Source of the DNA: Vitrella brassicaformis CCMP3155
Lineage: Eukaryota; Protista; Chromerida
Reading direction: 5' to 3'
Assembly: GCA_001179505.1 (NCBI GenBank)
Contig: CDMY01000456.1
Span: 186,001-250,000, forward strand
Length of the DNA: 64,000 nucleotides
Positions 13,128 to 23,256 of the stretch are shown here, piece after piece. Numbering within the stretch: the first letter of the stretch is position 1; the number at the start of each line of letters is the position of its first letter. Made by a program: the position numbers and the translations under genes. The notes under the pieces are model-generated. The model was given only the letters and a program-made list of their open reading frames with translations. It had not been told where the DNA came from and made no database searches.

Positions 13128-13816
13128 TTATTCCTCCCCTTCGCCGTATTCGGCGTATGAGGGCATCTTGGACATGAGTGCGACGTCCATCGTGATGCCC
13201 CAGTGGTCGCTGATCTCCTCACCCAACTCCTGCACCACCAAATCAGCCCCCCTGACCCACACACACACACACACACACATCCATGAGTGAATCCCTGCAC
13301 CTTGTGTGTGTGTCCACCCCCCTCCCCACCTGCACTCGATCCACCCCAGCTCGAGCACTAGGTCCTGGTTTCGGCCCGGCAGCCATGCGTCGTAGTCGAC
13401 GGCAGGGTCGTCGAGAATCTCTGCCGGCGGGTGTGTCGACACCAGCCGCCGGATGACGGCCGGCGGGATGGCGATGCGGTCCACCGACATGATGTAGTCC
13501 ACACGGCCGCGGAACGGCCAGATGAACAGGCTGTTGGGCTTGTTCCGCCGGCCCTTGCTGTCCTCCGAAGCAGACCAACACAGACATGGGCATGGAGGCA
13601 TGCATCATGTGCTGTGCGTGGGCTGGGCTGTTTACCCACCTGCTGTCCGTCCTCCGGTATGCCCTGGAGGGTGGCGTCGCTCTGGATGTGTTTGTGGAAT
13701 GGGTTGTGGCCGCGGTCGAAGAGGTCGCGGCACTCGGCCGTGTGGTCGAGGGTCATGAGCTTGCCATACAGGTTCGGGTGAGCCTCCGAATCGATGTTGA
13801 AGTCACCCATTATCTG

Positions 13817-13867
<51 letters not shown>

Positions 13868-14975
13868 TGACAGGGGCAGAGAGGGGGAGATGGGGAGAGA
13901 GGGAACACGAATGTGTGTGTGCTGACTAGTATGTATACGCCGGTGAGGTCCTTCCTGCCCTGGTTGTAGATGAACTCCTCCCACAGACGCTCTGTGACGA
14001 AGTTCTTCAACACAGACAAGTTCTTGCGACGACGCTCCGAACCTGACGCGCAGCCCAAGCCCATCCACACACTGGTGGTCCGCCATCCCATCTGTGTGCA
14101 TCACATGCACACTCACACAGGTGTGTGTTCCGACTCACCCAACACGTTGAAATGCGCGTTGAAGACATACAAGCGGGGCTCCATCCTCACGGCGGCCGCC
14201 AGCTCGTTGGCCGCCTGCACGGCCTCCTGCATCTTGCCCTCGCTAGGGGCATCCGACAGCCCGCTGGGTGAGGCACCGAGAGTGAACTCGACGCAGGTGA
14301 CGTTTTGGTTGGCCAAGGGGAGGGACTGCCGGAAGGGGCGCTTCCCCGCATGCTCAAACGTCAGTATGTCGGGACGCCACGCCTGCAGCAAACCGCTAAC
14401 GACAGACAGGACGACAGACACACGGCAGAAGAGAGGTCAGGTCGGTTGGCATTCGTTCGGCGTATGAGTGAGTGCTGCGATCGTGTCGTGTGAGGCATGT
14501 GTGGGTACTGTACCCAGTAGCGGCGCAGTAGGTGCGAATAGGGCCGATGATGCCGCCGATGATGCCTCCCACCCACCCCTGGAAGTCCTGCTCCACACGA
14601 TGGGTGTCCTCCAGCTCATCTTGCAACTCGCGCAGACCTGCACCCCACACCTCCTGCACACACACGCACACAGACGACCACAGTCAGTGCAACAGGCCCC
14701 GCACGTGTCCGCCTGACCTGCAGGCACACGATATCATGTTCCGCTGCGATTCTCCCAATCCTGCCGCCCCTCGCCGCCTGCCGTGTGCAGTTCCAGAAGA
14801 CCGAGTTGAAGGTGAGGAATGGCGGCACCAGGTAGCAATTCTGCGTGTAGAGCGACAGGGGGTACTCGGGCCCTTCCTCGCCTCCAGTGGCATGCGACGC
14901 GCCGGACTCTTCGCCAGCGCTGCCGGTTGGCTCAGAACGCCGTGATGAGCCTTCTGGCGATGATGTCGACTTCAT
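13128..14975 (-). CDS. Endonuclease/exonuclease/phosphatase (EEP) family hydrolase, neutral-sphingomyelinase-like
   Basis: EEP motifs in order: LYTQNCY, DIVCLQ|EVW, VFNAHF, MGDFNID, RVDYIM, ISDHWGI. Confidence 0.8.
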
Positions 14976-15067
14976 GCTCTACATAGGCACCAAGAAGGCC
15001 ATAGCTGGGCTCCCTCCTGCTTCAAGCTCGCCGAAGCTTGCAGATCTGGAGAGGCAAAGGGAAAGCA

Positions 15068-16258
15068 ATGGAGCTGAATGCATCTTTGTTCGGTCGAGAG
15101 AAGCGTTCTGACGGCCGGTTTCCCCATCAGCTGCGTCCGCCAGCAGTGGAAGTGGGACTGCTGCACAGAGCCGACGGGTCAGCACGCTTCCGCCTGGGAG
15201 ATACGAGCGTCACCGTGGCTGTCTATGGGCCGTCGGAGGCACAGCAGCAGCGCAAGACCCTCCTGGACCGTGAGCGATGAATGATCTACCTGTTTTGCCA
15301 TCCCATGTTTGTTTCGGTCGTGTGATCTGGTCGGTGTCTGTCTGCGTGTGTGTTGTGTTGTTCAGGTGCGTACGTGGAGGTGCTGGTTCGGCCTCTGAGC
15401 GGCCCGGCTGATGCCGAGGAGCGCAGCCGCGAGGCCATCCTGCAGAAGATCTTCGAGGCGGCCATCGACACCCCGAGGCACCCTCGGACAGTCGTGCAGA
15501 TCACTGTGCAGCCCATGAACAACGACAAACCGGTGAGAGGAGAGAGGGTGGCACCAGGAAAATCACCGCATGACCGAAATGCTGTCTGTGTCCGCTGTGT
15601 ACAGATGATGCATGTGTGTGTGGTGGGCATCTACATGGCCCTCCTGGACGCGTCGGTGCCGCTCCGCTCTCTCCCACTGGCTGTCGCCCTCGCCTACCGA
15701 CCCCTTCCACAAGGCTCGCCCGACACGGACTTCCCCTTCCTCGTTGACCCACTGCACACCGAACTTGCGGTACTCATGCACACACACATTGGCGTGGCAT
15801 AGGTGGGCCATGTCTGTCTGTTGCCTCAAGGCGTGTGAGGGTTGCATTGTGATCGTCCTGGACGCTTCCCACCGCCGGTCGAAAGCAGAAAGGGACGAAG
15901 GCGACGAAGCTCTTCCGTCATCAGCGGCGGCAGCAGCTGCGGCCGTCCGTCGTGCGTCTGATGCTCCCCGTGGCCGTGTGCTGGCGACGTTCCCCGAGTG
16001 CGGCGGGGCGATGCCGCCCGAGGTCTTCCACACGGCACTCAAAGTGGCGGAGAACGCATGCAAGGTCGGCAGGGCAAGGGGGCAGTAAAGCACCGGCGAG
16101 CAAAATGGTCACATGTCGGTCGGTGTGTCCGGTTATTCATGTATATGTAGGTGTTGGATTCGTTTGTTCGTTTGAGCTTTGAGAGGCGTCTGACGCTGCT
16201 GCAGGCGGCATTTCGGGTGCAGAACTCGCATGGAGGAGATGATGATGATGATGACTGA
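15068..16258 (+). CDS. RRP46: Exosome complex RNase PH-like subunit RRP46 (EXOSC5-like)
   Basis: LRPPAVEVGLLHRADGSARFRLGDTSVTVAVYGPSEA, VEVLVRP..G, HPRTVVQITVQ, MALLDASVPL. The last exon (ending GDDDDDD*) is inferred. Confidence 0.8.
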
Positions 16259-16614
16259 ACGAACAGATCTGGCGTGGGCCCAGGGAAGGAGGGGGGGGTT
16301 GTTCAGACTCTTCCTACTGTTGTTGCATACGTTCGTGCGAACAAGACCCTGATTGCATCACTGCCACAGGCTCGCCAAGGCCTTTTGGCCATGATGCCGC
16401 GGGGTCTTGCATGTGCGGATGATGCAACCAACGCAGATGCATGAGTCGTTGTTAACTAGCAGAAAGGGCACTAAATCAAAAATTAACGTCACGTACGTCA
16501 CTCAATGCAATGGGCGTTCCATCCATCCCACGTCCCACGTCACAGCTTGTAAAACATGCCTGTACACCCCTCCCCCCACCATCGCCTCCCGAAGGAGTCA
16601 GGGAGCCTGGATGG

Positions 16615-18055
16615 TTACTCGACAATGCTCGTTGCCTGGAGTCCGTCGAAGTCGACCAGGTGGTCGTCCCAGTCCACAAGGCTCTCGACCGGCATCTCCC
16701 TCAGTTGGTCAAGCTGACAACCAAAAGTGTGTAACACACACGCAGGCAGAGAGTGACCACACGAGAATGAAAATGGATGCACGCCATGCCTTTCCCCCTC
16801 ACCATTTCGCGCACGAGTGGCAGTTCGTCGTTGGATGGGCACAGGACGGTGTTTGGCGGTCCTCCCCTGAGGGCTTCCTCTGTGGGCGCCTTGTTGGGGT
16901 CGGCGATCCTGTAGATGTTCTCGGGCATGAAGCTGCGGATCGTCTCGGAGAAGTGGGGGAGCCTGACCGGATGAACAGACACAACGACACAACACAACAC
17001 AACAAACCGGTACTCATGATGACAGACAGACAGACAGACAGGTGAGGGCTCACTGATAGGCGTAGTCGGAGTTGAGAAGCCTGTAGGCAGTGAATTCGCC
17101 GACCATCTTCGGCTCGCCTGACCCATTGCTGTCACTCTCACCGCTGCCCTCGCCCTGACAACCGTCAACAGAGACCAAGCAACGAGCGCATTCCCGTGTA
17201 TGAGCCTTGAGCCTTTCCAGGTGTTGGCGCATCCGGCCTGGTTTACCGGTCTCCGCAGCTCCCACACGACGCCCACGGCTGCAGCCGATCGGATTTTGCA
17301 GAGGTCGCTGAAGGCACTTACGACCGCCGTGGCTGAAAGCGCTATCACACCATTGTAGACCAGCCGACGATTTGGTGTGCGGGGATGGCGCAACTGCATG
17401 CGAAAGCTGTGGACACAAGATCAGGGAGAGAGATGGATGACTCGCACTGCACTCATGCATACCATCCGATGGATGGTTGTGGCTAGCGGCTCGCTTACGT
17501 TTGCAGTTTCTCTGCGACCTTGTTGCCCTGCACGACTGGTCTGTCCTCCACCCGCCACCTCCCCGCCCACTTAGCCGACGGCATCATCACCGTGCCGTCG
17601 TCATAAGTGAACAGCCGGTCGGGCGCCAAGATCCGCGACTTGAGCGTGTACCCATACAGATCCGCCGGCTGATACAGATGCCACACGCCCGCCACCTGCT
17701 GCTTGGTATCGCGCTGGTAGGCCTCATCAGGCGTGTCAGATATGGGCACCACCGCCCTCGCGACTTCTTTGACGGCTGTAGTGGTGTCCAGTCCGAGCCG
17801 TTGCGCCTCCTTCTCAACCTCGGGCGATGCGGGAGGCTTGTCGAGGTCCTTCGGTGGCTCCTTGAACATACTCAGCCGAGAACGATGCCGTGAGTGTGGC
17901 TGTGAGCGCTGTATGCGGGGCGGATGGCGTAACCGGACTGATGGGGCGAGGAAGGCTGCACGTGGGAGGGGTAGGGGCAGGAGATCTGCTGCTGCTGTAG
18001 CTGCTGCGGCTGCGAGTGTCCAGAGGAAGATCAGTGCCTGATGGATGAGCTCCAT
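16615..18055 (-). CDS. Putative plastid-targeted protein of unknown function (bipartite leader)
   Basis: MELIHQALIFLWTLAAAAATAAA (signal peptide), then ...RAAFLAPSVRLRHPPRIQRSQPHSRHRSRLSM (basic Ser/Arg transit-like). Five in-phase exons ending ...LQATSIVE* at 16615. Confidence 0.7.
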
Positions 18056-18328
18056 CGGTCGAAACAAACAAAGATGATATGTACCGATAGATCTTCGTTG
18101 AATCTTCGCAGCGGGCAGCCAGCTCTGTTCGCGGCTTTCTGGTCAATGCGAGCTGCGAGCTTATCTTTTGCAGCTCGGGGAAGGAGAAAGACGGAATGTA
18201 CAGCGGGGATGCGCCAGAGCCATCCCTGTTCGATTGCTGCGGTCCAACGGCATCGTGTCCAGCAGTTTGTCTCAATCAATCATGAGCTCTGCACTGGGGC
18301 CGTCCTCAAGGACCAGCAGGCAACAGAA

Positions 18329-20103
18329 ATGAGACGCCGCTTCAGATTGACCGCCCCTGCACTGATGCTGTTCCCTGCCATCGGCTGCGGGCTCAGTTTG
18401 ATAGCTTTGGCCATCACTCTGTTTGGTAAGGTCAATCAGAAGCACGTGGATCTTCGTTCATCGTTTCTCCCTCTCTGTTGTCTTCCCCTTCTCTTCAATC
18501 AGGACTTGCCGACAGCCACCCGACCAGGGCACGCGGCTGTGCAAGGCCTCCTCCACCCTCACGGCTGCGCTTTGCATCGTTTTCCTTCCTCCAGCGGCGG
18601 TCAACCATTGTCACTCTTCCCCGGCGCTCGGCGAGTGGCCTCATCGAGAGCCACGGCACGGCCTCAGAGATCATGGAGTCGACAACAAACGACAGTCATT
18701 CGAAGTCGAGCCGAACCGGCCTGCCCCTCCTCCTCAGTCTAACTTGCCGCCTTTGTCTCCTGGTGGCCCGCCTCTGCCTCCCCAAGCCGCATATGGGCCT
18801 CCTTCCCCCAATCTGCCTCCACAGGCTTACTCGAGGCCTCAGGCCGGCCCGCCCCCTCAGCCCGCAGTGTATCCCCGACCGCCACCTGCAGGCCAGCCGC
18901 CACCGAGGCCACAGCCTCCCCCGCCTGTCCCACCGATGGCGCCCCCGCCCCTGCCGGCAGGGCCTCCCCCTATGACGCAGCCGCCCGCCCATGCTCCACG
19001 GCCCATGGGTCAGCCGAACCTGCCGCCGCTTCCACAGATGGGACCGGCTCAGCCGCCGATGGCGATGGGGCCTGGGATACAGGCGCCCCCAGGCGTGCCA
19101 CCGAGTGGCATGCCGCCACAGCAGCCACAACAGCCACAACAGCCACAACAGCCGCAGGCGCAACAGCAGCAGCAGGCCGGAGGGGGCACTGCGAGCGTCA
19201 CTGATCAGGTTGGTGTCCAAGTCAAGTCCTATCTGTCTGCATATGTCGATTCCTCTGCTTGGTGCCTGGTTGCACGGGTATACTATAGGCGGTGTGTGGC
19301 GAGTGGGAGATGGCGTGTCAGCAGGAAGGAGAGAGGGAGAACCCGCTCTTTCGGAACTCTCAAGTCATGTATCTCCTGGCAAGTGCGGGTGGGGGCCAGC
19401 GCGTCTGTTATGTCGATAATTCGTTCGAGAAAAGCGAAACATGCGAAGAGTCAAAACAGATATCTGGCAAGTAACAGAACAGCAGCGTACCGGCCGGCAT
19501 GCATGGCATGCACGTGCATCTTTCATCGTCTGTGTCCCTCCAGAGTTCGCTGCCGAAGGTCAATGGCTGATCAAGGAGCAGAAGCCGCAGCAAGATGGGA
19601 GCGTCGACGTCACTGTCTCGACCTTCTGGGACCAGATCGTGGTGACTCCCCTGACCGACAAGCAGGCACACCATCTCAAAGACGACTGCAAGTGCCACGC
19701 AAAGGACCACAAGCATTGGTCCAAAGGCAAGCGGCAAGAGGTCATCGACTGCGAGACGGACCAGTGCGGCTTCACATACGCCCTCTGCCACAACCGCGTG
19801 TCGGGCCAGGCCGTCGCCGAGAAGCCCAAGAATCCTCCGGACCATGTCTCAGACAAGGGCGACTGTGTGAGTGAGGAAGTCTATCGGGTCATGCCGGGGG
19901 GAAAAGAGATGATGCTCATCGACAAGGGGGTGCCCAAAAGCAAACTGGTCAAGAAGGTAGAGTGCGACAAGGCTAAATACGGGAAGAGCTGTTTGCCGGG
20001 TGCAGCCAGGACGACACACAATGGTGGGTGGGGAAGCTTCGGCTGTGTGTTGGTCGTCATGGGGGTGCATCTGCTGATGTATGTGGGTGGGCTCATCATA
20101 TGA
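18329..20103 (+). CDS. Secreted Pro-rich, Cys-containing beta-barrel (APCDD1-like) protein A with C-terminal hydrophobic/GPI-type anchor
   Basis: Model join(18329-18425,18595-19208,19289-19466,19544-20103) is frame-consistent, using a GC-AG third intron. Hydrophobic N-terminus; Pro/Gln-rich linker; domain AVCGEWEMAC...CEESKQISEFAAEGQW...VDVTVSTFWDQIVVTP...CKC...WSKGKRQEV; tail GAA...FGCVLVVMGVHLLMYVGGLII*. Confidence 0.8.
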
Positions 20104-20307
20104 ATGAGCGACATGGATTCTTACTTACGACAGATGGACAAGAGACATAGACTGTGTGCCGCTTAGATAGACTCTGTGACCATCCCTTATCCGCTCAATC
20201 TCAAGAGACGCAATCAATGTCGGACCTATGCCTCAACACGTCCCTCTCTGCCTGTCCACAATTGCGCTCCATCCATTCAGCACATTCTCCGTGGCACAAA
20301 GACTCAC

Positions 20308-21840
20308 TCAGTCAAGCGAGAAATCGTCGTCCAGCAGTGATTTCGGTTGAGCCGGCTGTCTTGTCCTCGCTGCCCCACTTGTAGCTCTTCGAGCCTGATC
20401 CGGCCGCAGCTCGGCCGGCCGGGCATATTCTTGTCCCTGCTGCTTCTTAGGCTCGCTCCCAGCCTTTTCCTGCTCGCTCCCAGCCTTTTTCTGCTCCATT
20501 TTCTCATCTCCTTGACGAATGGCTCCCTGGAGAGACTCAGCAATGTCGCAGTCCGTCACCCGATGCCACGAGTTGGTCCTTGTGCCATGTAGCAACTGGT
20601 CAAAGAAGTCGAGTCTCGCCGCCATGCGGTAGTGGTCGTAGCCCACACACTCTTTCCATTGCTGGCCCGTTTCCTGGCAGAGTGCCTGGGTGAAGGAGTG
20701 GCACAGCTCACGGCGGCACGCAGACGGCAGCACGCTTGCTGGTTTGCCTTCGGGGAATCGCCTTGGCGGACTTGTGCAGGGGCATAGTTGCTGCAGGAAG
20801 CGAAGCTCCCTTCTGTTTGCCAATGTCACAGTGGCCGTGTCCCAATTCGTCTTGAGAGAGACGTCGACTCGAGTCCTGTTGTTTGGCGACGTCATTTGAC
20901 GCGTGTAGGTCCAGGTTCCCACAGCGACGAACTCTGCAGGAAGGATATATAAAGGGGAGAGAAGAGGCCACGTCCCTGGTCGACCTCAGGAGGCCATACA
21001 TGTCTCAAACGCACCATATACTCTGGAAGCGCTCTCACATCTGGGCGAGCGGAAGGCTGAGACGATGTGGTAAACAGTCGAGGTCGTGTAGAGCACCGTG
21101 CTTGACACGTAGGTCCCCTCGCCAGAATGGTACACGCACTGAATCACCCACGTCCCACCTGCCAATCGACAAGCAAACAAGACAAGACGGCGTTGCTCTC
21201 TCCCTCCCGTCTACTGTCTGCCTGTCTGTGTGTGTGTGTGTGTCTGTCTGTCTGTCTGTGCGTACACATTGCCTCCCTCGGCAAGAGGTCCCTTGGTTGC
21301 GGCAGCGGCCTCTCGTGAGGACGGTGCTCAGGCGTGATAACAATTGTTGTCGGCTGGGGAGGCGGATAAACCGGGATTGGGGCTGGCGGTGGGGGTGGGC
21401 CTGGGTGCACGATGCGGACGGGCGCCGGTCCTGGCGGCAGTGGTGGGTGGGCTGCTGGATGAATGGGAGGCAGGTTGGGGTTCCTTGGTCGGTGGGCTCC
21501 TGGCACGACAGCATGGATGGGAGGCAGGTTGGGGCTCCCCGAACTGGTGGAGGGCGGAGGCACGTTGCTCTGAGTGTGGTGCACTGGCTGCCGGCGCCCC
21601 AGGAGCTCAAACCATTTGCTAAGAGGGGGAAACAAGCGATTGGGCTGATTTGGGTTGGTGTAAGAGGGGATGTGCTTGACGGACAGCTGACGGACGAAGC
21701 GATGAGAGACTCGGCCTGACGACACACGTACTGTGACAAAGACTGAGACAAGAGCTTGATTCGCTTTTGTTTCTCTCACCAAACGATGTGTTCGCAGCCG
21801 CGAAGGCCAGAAATAGGATACGCTGCCACAGCCGACGCAT
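20308..21840 (-). CDS. Secreted Pro-rich, APCDD1-like protein B (paralogue of A, no membrane anchor)
   Basis: Model complement join(20308-20933,21015-21158,21266-21715,21780-21840) is frame-consistent. MRRLWQRILFLAFAAANTSF signal; Pro-rich linker; domain AMCGTWVIQC...CESASRVYEFVAVGTW...VDVSLKTNWDTATVT...CPC; hydrophilic acidic end SLLDDDFSLD*. Confidence 0.8.
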
Positions 21841-22087
21841 AGCCAGCCGAGAAAGGCGAATGCAGACGCAGCTCCGACAGACTCTGCCTGCCGTTGCGCT
21901 TTGAGTTAACGTTGTCCCTCCGATGGGGGCAGCCCCCACGTGAGACGCGTCTGACTCCCAATGGCTCTTCAAGTTCCCCCTCCTGGTCCACGCCAACGAA
22001 GACACCGGCATCGTGTCCGTGCGCACACCAAACAGGTATGTACGCCCCCTTCTGCAGCATGAACGTTCTTCCCGAAATCTCCCTGCC

Positions 22088-23256
22088 ATGCATCGACGGT
22101 GCCTGCAGGAGCCGCTGGCGAAGGACGGTGCCTTCTTCCTCACGGGCGTTGAGGCGGATGACCACCCGGCCATGCCGGAGCCCCCGCCGCCTCCCCTCAG
22201 CACCGCCGCCCTCATCAACCGCTACAAGAACATCTATTGGGCAATACAGCCCTCACGAAGCTTCGTCCCTGCTGCCATGCCGGCCGTCGGTCATGATGGG
22301 GCAGTCGGTGAAGAGGTGACATATGGCGGTCTGATGGAGGATGTGGAGGCTCTCAGCCTGGCCCCTGCGCGCAAGAAGATGGCTGAGTTGCGCGGCATGA
22401 TCTGCGAGACGGACAAGAAGATGAAGAGACAGAAGTCGGAGCTGCATTTGCTGAGGGCGGTGAGTGAGCGAGCGGGCAGCGGACGAGACGACGGCATGCA
22501 GCCAGCCTTTCAGGCATGGTGTCTGTCTGTTCTGTCAGGGTGTGGAGGGCATGAAGCGAGATCTGATAGACATTGCTGCCGGTGAGGGGGAGGGCGGGGC
22601 GGCGAGAGGCCTCGCCGACTCTGACAGAAAGAGAGCACTGCCTCCCACGACAAACAACACGTGAGTAGAGGCGCACAGACAGGCAGGCAGAACCAGCCAT
22701 CATTTCCCGCTTCCCTCCACACACACACACACATGGATGCAATGCAGGTCTTCCTCGGCGCTTGAGCCATTTTCCCAGTCCGCCCACCAGGTCGCCCGTC
22801 CCACTTCACGGGGCGGCTTCTTCCGCTCTGTGCGCACCCTGACAGCCCTGCCGGCACCCGCAGCAATGCTGGAGGACTACAGCCCATCTGCAGTGCCGCT
22901 GTCGCTGGAGAGGGCGGACAAGCACAAAGCACTTCCAAGCCTGTCTCCAACCATAGCTACAGGGAATGGTGAGAAAGAAAGTGCCTGTATGCCTGTCTAC
23001 GGTTGAGAGAGTGCCTTCCTTATTGCGTGTGTCTCGTGCAGTGCACTCAGTGTCGAAGCTGCTGCATCAAGATACTGTCGGTGCCAGCCACACCACGAGG
23101 TACGTGTGAGTGTAAGGGTGACATTGATTGGCTCATATATCTGGCCTGCATGATGTCATGTGGTGTGTGTGCTGTGCGCTCAGACGTGAGCAGCTGAAGG
23201 CTGGGGCCAGACGCAGAAGCCTCACAACCACCACCGCTGACACACCCACAGCATGA
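22088..23256 (+). CDS. Hypothetical protein with short coiled coil
   Basis: Five in-phase exons (about 22088-22459, 22539-22660, 22748-22968, 23043-23100, 23184-23256) with gtgagt/gtacgt donors; ARKKMAELRGMICETDKKMKRQKSELHLLRA heptads. Confidence 0.6.

Noticed and set aside
19289-21158. Classical lipocalin call for genes A/B based on GxW
   Set aside because: GxW is present, but the Cys pattern and the VT/W..G..V motifs fit the APCDD1-like barrel better and other lipocalin motifs were not seen; still needs structural testing.
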